A DNA stretch of 64,000 nucleotides, taken from assembly GCA_965223335.1 (NCBI GenBank), contig OZ244991.1:2560001-2624000 (forward strand), read 5' to 3'. This document shows, one piece after another, positions 9,922 to 18,018 of this stretch. How positions within the stretch are numbered: the first letter of the stretch is position 1; every line of letters starts with the position of its first letter. The notes below the pieces were generated by a model that was not told the origin of the DNA, made no database searches, and was given only the letters and a program-made list of their open reading frames with translations. The position numbers and the translations under genes were made by a program. The DNA comes from Thermodesulfobacteriota bacterium (GTDB lineage Bacteria; Desulfobacterota_D; UBA1144; Nemesobacterales; UBA2774).

Positions 9922-10548
9922 ATGGGAAGAAGAAACGAGCATCCGCGTGAGCAAATAAGATCTATGGCCATTGAGGCTGGCAAAAATATTATTGTTCAAG
10001 AGGGATATACATCTCTTAGTGCAAGGAAAGTGGCAAGGGCTATCGGATATACAGTGGGAACACTGTACAACGTATTCGATAATTATCTCGATATAGTTCT
10101 TCATATTAATGCTGAAACATTGGACGAAATTAAATGTCGGGTTGAAAATAACTTAGGATCAAAACAAGGAATTGAGCAAATTGTGAGCATCGGTCTCTCG
10201 TACGTTGATTATGCTAAAGAAAACACAAACCAATGGAGTGCGCTATTTGAATACCAAAACCCGGGCAGTGAAAAACTGCCCGATTGGTATACCGAAAAGA
10301 TAGAATCAATGTTTGCTTTACCGGTTAAGTCCTTGGCCCCCCTGTTTAATGGTGATGTAAAACGTGCAAAACTGGAAGCAAGAATAATTTGGGGTGGAGT
10401 TCACGGTATATGTATGCTTGGATTAACTCACCGACTTTCACATGGAAACGATGAGTTACTGCAACAAAAAGTACGCTCATTGATCGAGAACTATCTATAT
10501 GGTGCGACGACGACCGGTCTATCCAACCACCCGTCTACTGCACGGTAG
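9922..10548 (+). CDS. TetR/AcrR-family regulator (WHG-type C-terminal domain)
   Basis: LSARKVARAIGYTVGTLYNVF HTH; IWGGVHG. Confidence 0.92.
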   Translation: MGRRNEHPREQIRSMAIEAGKNIIVQEGYTSLSARKVARAIGYTVGTLYNVFDNYLDIVLHINAETLDEIKCRVENNLGSKQGIEQIVSIGLSYVDYAKENTNQWSALFEYQNPGSEKLPDWYTEKIESMFALPVKSLAPLFNGDVKRAKLEARIIWGGVHGICMLGLTHRLSHGNDELLQQKVRSLIENYLYGATTTGLSNHPSTAR

Positions 10549-11314
10549 ATTTCTCGGCACTGCCCTCGGCAATTGCTCGTATCTCGTCCCATTTCTGCAT
10601 CAATATCGCAAATGAGGAAGCCGCCTCGGTGTATTTACCCGAAGTGCATAGAGCGAGTACGTTGCGTAGTTCCGACACCGAGTCTTCATTTTTCATGGTG
10701 GCCGGCTCTATGAGTGTAGAGATCTCGCCGTAGTTTAGGTTTATAAACCCTCTCTCATCAAAACCCCCGACCCAGCTCCAGAGATTATCTATGCCCTCTA
10801 TCAATGCACTTAACACCCTGCCAAACTGCGCTTGCTCGTTTTCGGTCATTTTCCCAAGCGCTGTCTCAATCTGTGCTCGAGCCTCTTGGAGTCTTTTAAC
10901 CGCCGAGGCTATTTTGGTAATGTAATATATGGCATCGTGTTCGATAGCCCCGAACCCGGTGTGTGTATAAAAATAATTTTTCTCATCCCTTTCGTACATC
11001 AAAAACCACTCTAAAGGTATAAAATTTTCGGCACTGTAAACATTCAAGTTAACCCCCTCGAATATCGGGGTAACATAGCTCTCACCCTCTTCGTCTTTCA
11101 TAAAAAAACAGTGTTTCACATCTTTTTTACCTATTCCAAGTTGTTTAGACAGTGCAGTCCTGAACTCGTCATATTCCCTCCCGTACCAAGACGACTGAGG
11201 TGTGGCAGGGCCGTCCCAGTACTTTTCATAGAACTCTATGTACGATCTCCAGTAGCCCTCAAGCTCCCTAGTTGTATCCACTGGCTGATACGCCATCAAC
11301 ACGCTCATTGCCAT
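10535..11314 (-). CDS. Hypothetical protein, overlaps photolyase 3' end
   Basis: 259-aa ORF; FIPLEWF and INLNYGE motifs; no function recognised. Confidence 0.7.
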   Translation of the reverse strand: MAMSVLMAYQPVDTTRELEGYWRSYIEFYEKYWDGPATPQSSWYGREYDEFRTALSKQLGIGKKDVKHCFFMKDEEGESYVTPIFEGVNLNVYSAENFIPLEWFLMYERDEKNYFYTHTGFGAIEHDAIYYITKIASAVKRLQEARAQIETALGKMTENEQAQFGRVLSALIEGIDNLWSWVGGFDERGFINLNYGEISTLIEPATMKNEDSVSELRNVLALCTSGKYTEAASSFAILMQKWDEIRAIAEGSAEKSTVQ

Positions 11315-12650
11315 TATTACCGGCCTCCTTGGCCCTATTATATGCCTCTATTGCCGCTTCCCTCATTTCGTAATGGTCCACTATGGGCCTTGCGTAACCC
11401 AGGTCGTAGGTAAGCGGGTCATGAATCTGCTCCACTGGTACGTTCTCCAACTCTGGTATGTACTTCCTTATATATTCTGCGTCAGAATCGAACTTCTGAG
11501 ACTGTATTAGCGGATTAAAAATCCGTAGCGGTTTTGGGTCCGCCCCGCATGATGCACTCCACTGCCAGTTCCCCGTATTAACCACTTTATCATAATCGAT
11601 CAGATGCCCGGCAAAGTGCGCCTCTCCCCACCTCCAGTCACATAGCAGGTCCTTGGTTAGAAACGAAGCAACTATCATCCTAACCCTGCCGTGCATCCAG
11701 CCCTCACGCTCCAGCTGGCGCATTCCAGCGTCCACTATCGGGTACCCGGTCACACCCCCCTGCCATGCCTCGTACCACTCCCGGTTGTTCATCCACTCGA
11801 TACCCCGTCTTTTCTCCTGGAACTCTACGTCCATGGTCTCGGGGAAATAATGCGAGATGTGATACCAAAACTCCCTCCACGCAAGCTCGGATACAAATGT
11901 ATTCGGTTCCGGGCTGTGCGATAGAGCTTTATTATAGAGCTCGCGTATCGAAACAACCCCGAAATTTATATAGGGTGACAGCTTCGAAGTATCGTCTTGG
12001 GCCGGGTAGTTACGGACTTCATCGTAGCCCTCATAGTCATAGTCCGCGATTATGCGTTTGTAGAGATCCATCGGCCACAGTCGGTCTACGACCGTGTCTG
12101 GCTTGCCGATCAGTTTTTCTATATTCCGTCTCTCAATCTTAGGACTTGAGATTGAATCTATCCGAGGCAGGGGTGCTGATTTTGGTTTCTTTAACCACAG
12201 TCTATAAAATGGGGTAAATACTTTTCTCTGCTCAACTTTTGCGGGAGGCACTAAAAAAGCGTCATCGCAGGATTCATAGTACACATTGAGTTTGTTGCAT
12301 ATATCCGATACTAAACCGTCTCTGCTCTTACCATAATCGGTATAGGATCTATTGGTAAAGAGCGCATCTGCACCCGTCTCTTTAATCAAATGCGGTATTA
12401 CTTCCCGTGGTTGTCCGGCTATCACATATAAATAAGAGCCCAGGCCCTTTAGCTCGGCATCCAGGTTTCTAAGCGCTGAATAAAAAAAACCGAGCCTCTT
12501 ATGCCCCGTCTCATAATGCTGCAATATGTTGCGGTCCAGAATGTATATAGGGATGAGTTCTTTGCTCTTTTGCAGAGCACTATAAAGCCCTTTGTTGTCC
12601 TCGGTCCTAAGGTCTTTTTTGAACCAGAATATAGACTTGTTGTGCTCCAT
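11268..12650 (-). CDS. phrB: Deoxyribodipyrimidine photolyase (CPD photolyase)
   Basis: WFKKDLRTEDN, TSKLSPY, LAWREF, TGYPIVDAGMRQL, RVRMIVASFLTKDL, NTGNWQW. Confidence 0.93.
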   Translation of the reverse strand: MEHNKSIFWFKKDLRTEDNKGLYSALQKSKELIPIYILDRNILQHYETGHKRLGFFYSALRNLDAELKGLGSYLYVIAGQPREVIPHLIKETGADALFTNRSYTDYGKSRDGLVSDICNKLNVYYESCDDAFLVPPAKVEQRKVFTPFYRLWLKKPKSAPLPRIDSISSPKIERRNIEKLIGKPDTVVDRLWPMDLYKRIIADYDYEGYDEVRNYPAQDDTSKLSPYINFGVVSIRELYNKALSHSPEPNTFVSELAWREFWYHISHYFPETMDVEFQEKRRGIEWMNNREWYEAWQGGVTGYPIVDAGMRQLEREGWMHGRVRMIVASFLTKDLLCDWRWGEAHFAGHLIDYDKVVNTGNWQWSASCGADPKPLRIFNPLIQSQKFDSDAEYIRKYIPELENVPVEQIHDPLTYDLGYARPIVDHYEMREAAIEAYNRAKEAGNNGNERVDGVSASGYN

Positions 12651-12695
12651 TATAGATTTATCTCACAGTGGTAATGAAAATCTCACAATAAAGAG

Positions 12696-14153
12696 TCAGG
12701 CACGCTGCTTGGTTTCATTAACCGATTCGGGCAGGTGGGATTTCTCGATCTCCGCCTCGCGCATTATAGCCCTTACCAAGTCGCTGAATATCATCTTATG
12801 TAAGGGGTAGAGCACCCGCCAATAGAGCACTCCCAAAATCCCCGCAGGCTCAAACAGTGCCAGCTGGACCAATCTAGTGCCACTGCCCTCGGGTTCTGCA
12901 CGCCACTCAATCCATGCCTTACCCGGCACCTTCATCTCGGCCCTAAGCCTAAGCCTCGAGGGTGGGTCGATTCGCTCTACACGCCAAAAGTCCAGAGCCT
13001 CGCCCTGCAAAAGATCCTGGGGGTGGCGACGCCCCCTCCTAAGCCCCGGGCCCCCGGCAAGCCTGTCTATCAATCCCCTAAGCTTCCATGCCCTGTTCCA
13101 GACCAACCAGCCCTTATCACCCCCAAGCCCCGTAAACACATCAAACACTCCATCTGGGTGTGCATCGACATATATCGACCTCGTCTCTTTGAACAACCCC
13201 TCTTTATCCGTCATTTCGTAATCTATATCGTCCGACCCAAGCGCCCCGCTCCATCTGGTATCAATCTCGCCGTCCAAAACATGCTCTATAGCCTTTTCCA
13301 CAGAACCTTTATAATCGATAGGTTTTATGTCTGGGAACAATTCCAGGGCACGCCGTGTGTCACCGACTACCGGATGTATGACCCCTTCTACAAGCGGCAC
13401 AGCCAGCGAATTAGATATAGGTGTTACCAGCCCTACCCAAAGCGCCGCTAACCTGGGGGCAAGCACCGGCACAGTTAACACGGTTCTTTTTAGTCCCCTG
13501 ACCCCTGCATACTGCATCATCATTTCTTTAAAAGTTAGTACATTGGCTCCGATGTCAACCGCTCCCATCGGTGATTTGCCGATACTGCTTATAAGATAGT
13601 TAAGAACATCCTTTACAGATATCGGCTGCACTTGGTTGTGTATCCACTTTGGCGCCACCATCACAGGCAGTCTATCGGTCAGATATCTGACCATCTCGAA
13701 CGATGCCGAACCCGACCCTATTATGGGCCCCGCACGAAACTCAGTTGTGGGAAGGTGTTTGCGAAGAATGGTTCCTACTTCGGAGCGGCTTGACAGATGG
13801 GTCGAGACGGTGTCGGACTCAGGCAGCAACCCGCCCAGATATATAACATGTTTAACATCCGACGCAGCACCCACAAAATTGTGTGCGCCTGCTCGGTCTC
13901 TCTCCTCATACCCCTTGCCGCCATACATGGCATGTACCAGGTAATACGCAGTGTCAATTCCCGTGCATACGCTCTTTAGACTATCGGGGTTGAGCAGATC
14001 ACCTTTAACCACCTCTACCTCCCCAGCCCAACGGCGCCCTTTAATCCTCTCAGGGTCGCGTACCAAAACCCTCACATCGTAGCCTTTCTCAAGAAGCTTT
14101 GGGATGAGCCTCCCGCCTATATATCCAGTTGCCCCAGTTACCAGTATTTTCAT
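12696..14153 (-). CDS. NAD(P)-binding Rossmann protein with C-terminal DUF2867 (YbjT-like)
   Basis: ILVTGATGYIGGRL; HLSSRSEVG; GSGSASFEM; LDFWRVE..LRLRAEMKVPGKAW. Confidence 0.9.
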   Translation of the reverse strand: MKILVTGATGYIGGRLIPKLLEKGYDVRVLVRDPERIKGRRWAGEVEVVKGDLLNPDSLKSVCTGIDTAYYLVHAMYGGKGYEERDRAGAHNFVGAASDVKHVIYLGGLLPESDTVSTHLSSRSEVGTILRKHLPTTEFRAGPIIGSGSASFEMVRYLTDRLPVMVAPKWIHNQVQPISVKDVLNYLISSIGKSPMGAVDIGANVLTFKEMMMQYAGVRGLKRTVLTVPVLAPRLAALWVGLVTPISNSLAVPLVEGVIHPVVGDTRRALELFPDIKPIDYKGSVEKAIEHVLDGEIDTRWSGALGSDDIDYEMTDKEGLFKETRSIYVDAHPDGVFDVFTGLGGDKGWLVWNRAWKLRGLIDRLAGGPGLRRGRRHPQDLLQGEALDFWRVERIDPPSRLRLRAEMKVPGKAWIEWRAEPEGSGTRLVQLALFEPAGILGVLYWRVLYPLHKMIFSDLVRAIMREAEIEKSHLPESVNETKQRA

Positions 14154-14170
14154 GTTACCCACACTCGCTG

Positions 14171-15376
14171 CTAAAGATAGCCCTCGAGTTCTCCCCCTAT
14201 ATCCGAGTCTGCAATCTTGCGAAGCGCCTCTTTCTCAATCTGGCGTATACGCTCGCGGGTAACACCATACATTGCACCTATCTGATCAAGTGTATAAGTG
14301 CTCTGCATCCCAACGCCGTAACGCATCTTTAGTATATGGGACTCTTTCTCATTGAGCAACGCAAACGATTCATGAATTATGTTTTTCACCCTAATCTCAG
14401 ACACAGCACTTTCCTGGTCTATATTGTTTTGGTCCTCTATTAGATCAATATAGCTCTTTGACTTGTCGTCACTTACAGGGTTATTTAGTGAGAGCACATT
14501 GTCCCGACCCTCAAATACCGACTGCACAAGGTCGGTCGAGAGCCCCGCCCTCTCGGCAATCTCCTCTATGTTCGGTTTTCTGCCAATCTCATCCTCTAGC
14601 TCAGATTTGGCCCTAAACACCTTGGAGGTCTGCTCAAATATATAAACCGGCACCTTAACGGTCCTTGTCTTCTCCGATAAAGCCCTGGTTACCGATTGGT
14701 GTATCCACCATGCAGCATATGTCGAGAACTTAAACCCTTTTGTATGATCAAACTTTTCAACCGCTCTTATTAGGCCCAGGTTTCCCTCCTGCACCAGGTC
14801 AGTCAACGGCAGCCCTCTGCCCATATGCCTTTTTGCAATACTCACAACGAGCCTCAAATTGGATTTTACAAACTGGTTTTTTAACGAAAGCGCTTTGTCG
14901 GTATACAGTTTGAAGACCTTCTTGAGCTTTATTATTTCTTTTGTGCCTAGGTTTCTTGTATCCAGTCCCACGGCGAGCTTCTTCGATCTATTATTTGTAT
15001 TTGCAGTCTCTAGCAGTTCTGCTATCTTTTTAGCTCTTTTCTCGCACTCTTTTATCTTTGCCCCTAGCTCTCTTTCCTGACTAGAAGTCAAAAGCGGCTC
15101 AGTCAAGAGGTCCCTGAAATAAACGTAGAGCACCCTCTGTTCAAATTTCGTCCATTTATAGTCGTCGTTCTCGTTATCTTTTAATTCACTATCATCTACA
15201 TCATCAGTCTCATTGATGTTTTGTTCTTTATCGTCCGGTCTCAAATCGTTAAGCTTGTCATTATACAAAGTCAATGTATCGATCTGTTTATCATCCATAT
15301 AAGGCACACTCTGGTCCCCAGAATCCAGTAACTCCATACCTTCATACTCTCTGTAATCCATCTCATTAATTTTCAT
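14171..15376 (-). CDS. Sigma-70 factor, RpoD/RpoS-like alternative sigma (regions 1.2, 2, 3, 4)
   Basis: PLLT...ERELG; SNLRLVVSIAK; DLVQEGNLGLIRAVEKFD; KFSTYAAWWIHQ; TRERIRQIE. Confidence 0.93.
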   Translation of the reverse strand: MKINEMDYREYEGMELLDSGDQSVPYMDDKQIDTLTLYNDKLNDLRPDDKEQNINETDDVDDSELKDNENDDYKWTKFEQRVLYVYFRDLLTEPLLTSSQERELGAKIKECEKRAKKIAELLETANTNNRSKKLAVGLDTRNLGTKEIIKLKKVFKLYTDKALSLKNQFVKSNLRLVVSIAKRHMGRGLPLTDLVQEGNLGLIRAVEKFDHTKGFKFSTYAAWWIHQSVTRALSEKTRTVKVPVYIFEQTSKVFRAKSELEDEIGRKPNIEEIAERAGLSTDLVQSVFEGRDNVLSLNNPVSDDKSKSYIDLIEDQNNIDQESAVSEIRVKNIIHESFALLNEKESHILKMRYGVGMQSTYTLDQIGAMYGVTRERIRQIEKEALRKIADSDIGGELEGYL

Positions 15377-15429
15377 TTCTTCCCCTCCTATGCCCTATAT
15401 TGTTGATGCTTATAAAAAGGATTTTGATT

Positions 15430-15454
15430 CCGGGCCGATACGCGATCGGCCCGG
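15430..15454. other. Perfect 10-bp stem hairpin between fasciclin and sigma genes (mRNA stabiliser or weak terminator)
   Basis: CCGGGCCGAT-ACGCG-ATCGGCCCGG; no immediate U-tract on the minus strand. Confidence 0.6.
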
Positions 15455-15468
15455 TTAACACAAGGTGA

Positions 15469-15984
15469 TTATTCAGGCAAAATGACAGCGTCTATAACGT
15501 GGATTACACCGTTACTAGTCATGATATCCGCTTTTACGACCTGGGCGTTATCAACCATCACTTTTCCGTCCTTCACATTAATATCGATAGTTTTGTCACT
15601 AACCGATTTAGCCGAGTCGAGCTTTACAACATCAGCCGATGTTACTTTCCCCGGCACTACATGATATGTTAGGATAGCTACCAGCTGGTCCTTGTTCTCG
15701 GGCTTTAGCAACTCCTCCACGGTTCCTGCAGGGAGCTTTGCAAATGCCTCATCGGTCGGGGCAAACACTGTAAACGGCCCTTCACTCCTTAATGTATCTT
15801 CAAGCCCAGCAGCCTGCACGGCAGCTACAAGCGTGTTGAACGAACCCGCGGCTACCGCTGTATCAACAATATCCTTTGAGTTCTGTTTGTAAGAACCGGA
15901 GTAGGCAACAACCGTCCCCATTCCGAACACTGCCACTACCCCTAAAACCGCAACCACTGTTTTGAAACTATTTAGTAATCTCAT
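15469..15984 (-). CDS. Secreted fasciclin (FAS1) domain protein
   Basis: [45 protein letters not shown]. Confidence 0.95.
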   Translation of the reverse strand: MRLLNSFKTVVAVLGVVAVFGMGTVVAYSGSYKQNSKDIVDTAVAAGSFNTLVAAVQAAGLEDTLRSEGPFTVFAPTDEAFAKLPAGTVEELLKPENKDQLVAILTYHVVPGKVTSADVVKLDSAKSVSDKTIDINVKDGKVMVDNAQVVKADIMTSNGVIHVIDAVILPE

Positions 15985-16070
15985 ATCGATTACCTCCTCA
16001 ATTTTTATTCCCTATTCCGGGATGAATTATTCAGACATCAGTTCAACCTGCAAACACCAAATCCAACCAA

Positions 16071-16132
16071 TGTCTAAATGTTGTCTAAGAGATTAACGTG
16101 CTGTATAGCATTTGTCAAGCATTTTTGTCTAA
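16071..16132 (-). promoter_or_regulatory. Sigma70-type promoter of fasciclin operon overlapped by TnnACA repeats (CarH-type operator)
   Basis: Minus strand TTGACA (16118-16113), 17 nt, TAATCT (16095-16090); plus-strand TGTnnA at 16071, 16082 (11 apart), 16102, 16113 (11 apart), 16126. Confidence 0.75.
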
Positions 16133-16256
16133 TTTTTTTATATTCGGCCTAGAGAGTATTGATATACAATCTTAACAGTTATCTGTAACTCTTTGTACTG
16201 CAATAATTAATTACCGATTCAGACATAGGCTTTTAATTTGAAAATATTTTTGCAAA

Positions 16257-16284
16257 TTGACAAATGTTAGACAATTGTTATACT
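16257..16284 (+). promoter_or_regulatory. Promoter of carH-like gene coinciding with three 11-bp-phased repeats
   Basis: TTGACA 16257, TAGACA 16268, TATACT 16279; first and last double as -35 and extended -10 (TGT-TATACT, 16-nt spacer). Confidence 0.8.
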
Positions 16285-16300
16285 CATTGTGGTGTACAAC

Positions 16301-17278
16301 ATGGTAAATTCATCTGCAAAAAATTATTCTCTTAAGGTAGTAACAAAGAAAACAGGGCTTACGACTCACACGATACGTGCATGGGAAAGGCGCTACGACG
16401 CCGTCTCGCCTGAGAGGGACCACAACAATCGAAGGTTGTACAGCGAAGATGATATAAAACGCTTAATACTATTAAAGAGGGCAACCGATCAGGGTTTTAG
16501 CATAAGCCATGTTATAAAGTATTCCAACGCCGAGATCGAAAGCCTCATAGGTACACCCGGACTAGACAATACCCCCGAAAATCAAGTCACAGAACTAAGC
16601 ACCGCCGACAAAATAGATAGCCAAGTGAATGGCTATAGCAGATATATCGATTCATTTTTTGAGTCCCTGGAGATTATGGACATACAGGAACTCGAATCCA
16701 TACTGATAAGAGCCTCTACAGAATTCGGCACCGTTGCTTTTGTAGAACACGTGGCAGCCCCTATTATGGACCGGATCGGTCAACAATGGATAAACGGAGA
16801 GCTCAGAGTATCACATGAACACGTTGCCTCTCACGCGATTAAGACATTCTTATCCAACTTGCTCGTGCTCGATAAACCCGTCCCCGGAGCACCTGTAATT
16901 GTGTTCGCTACCCCCTCTGACCAATGGCATGACCTGGGAGCAATAATGGCGGCAATCACGGCTGTGAGCGAGGGTTGGAACCCCGTATACCTGGGCGCTA
17001 ACCTCCCTGCAGATGAAATAGCCGGTGCAGCTATAAATAAAAACGCACTGGCTGTCGGTATCAGTATAGTCTATCCCCCCAACAATCCTTTCGTAGTGGC
17101 TGAGCTCAGAAATCTAAGACGATTTTTACCCAACAACATTTCTATTATCACCGGCGGACAAGCCGCGGTAAGCTATAAATCGGTTCTCGAAGAGATAAAT
17201 GCTTATAGGGTAAGCGACCTCAAAGAACTAAGAAGTGTGTTAAAGTCAATAATGTCCGATATGGCATCCGACAAATAA
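16301..17278 (+). CDS. carH: CarH/LitR-type MerR-family cobalamin-binding (photo)regulator
   Basis: IRAWERRY HTH, RRLYS; W-x9-EH (WINGELRVSHEH); HDLG B12 motif; YLGANLP; ATG 16301 preferred given promoter position. Confidence 0.88.
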   Translation: MVNSSAKNYSLKVVTKKTGLTTHTIRAWERRYDAVSPERDHNNRRLYSEDDIKRLILLKRATDQGFSISHVIKYSNAEIESLIGTPGLDNTPENQVTELSTADKIDSQVNGYSRYIDSFFESLEIMDIQELESILIRASTEFGTVAFVEHVAAPIMDRIGQQWINGELRVSHEHVASHAIKTFLSNLLVLDKPVPGAPVIVFATPSDQWHDLGAIMAAITAVSEGWNPVYLGANLPADEIAGAAINKNALAVGISIVYPPNNPFVVAELRNLRRFLPNNISIITGGQAAVSYKSVLEEINAYRVSDLKELRSVLKSIMSDMASDK

Positions 17279-17594
17279 TTTTCAATCCGTATCTATTTCG
17301 ATGAACTTCCTGCCTCTCATTTGCAACAGTATCCCAACTACCTACTGCAATATCTATTCCTACTCTAAGCCCCTAGAGTCTAGCAATCAGATAACACAAC
17401 CCCCCTCCCCTTCAATTTCAGAGGATGGCATCAGAGCTTGAATGGATTTTAATACGATCAACCTTAAATCTAAATCAATGATGAATTTCAATTTTTCATT
17501 TGTGGTTGTGTTTTATACATATTAATCTATAATTTCGACTATGCGGTGTGTAAGTTTTCGCGGGCACTTGAACTTGCACCGTTATATATAACAG

Positions 17595-17891
17595 ATGAGA
17601 ACGAAAGTCACCAATTCCCTACTGTTATTACTTTTCCTGCAGATATCCGTCACAGGATTAATTTCCAGTGTTGAGTCCAACCAAGGGATGTTGTTCACCA
17701 ACTCGGGCGATTTATCATCAAATCTAGCCCTATTTTGTATCGAAGATGTAGAAGATAAAAGTATTAACCCCCTTAGTTCGTCATATCATTATTACCATCA
17801 CTTTGAGTTAAGACCGAGTTTAACTAACTCAAATGACATGGACGATTACATCCATGGTCTTAACCATTCAAGGTCACCCCCCTGCCTTTAA
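17595..17891 (+). CDS. Putative regulatory leader (arrest-peptide-like) ORF upstream of trkH
   Basis: N-terminal hydrophobic segment, acidic/His middle, C-terminal HSRSPPCL-stop; 127 nt before trkH; no clear SD. Confidence 0.55.
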   Translation: MRTKVTNSLLLLLFLQISVTGLISSVESNQGMLFTNSGDLSSNLALFCIEDVEDKSINPLSSSYHYYHHFELRPSLTNSNDMDDYIHGLNHSRSPPCL

Positions 17892-18018
17892 ATAAAGTCC
17901 ATTCTTAATTTTCTTGAACTTACATATTTAAGGGGTCTCTAGTGCGTGTCCGCCCCTTTAGCCAGCCGTGCATTTTATTATAAAACTGTGCCGGCTGTGG
18001 CGAGTTTAGCACATTATA

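Noticed and set aside
12696..17278. Carotenoid biosynthesis genes or a cobalamin riboswitch expected near carH
   Set aside because: No crtB/crtI-like ORFs or B12-box motif recognised in this window
17892..18018. c-di-AMP (ydaO) riboswitch upstream of trkH, suggested by the nearby dacA
   Set aside because: Hairpins are present but I could not find the conserved ydaO sequence blocks; an Infernal search would be needed to exclude it fully
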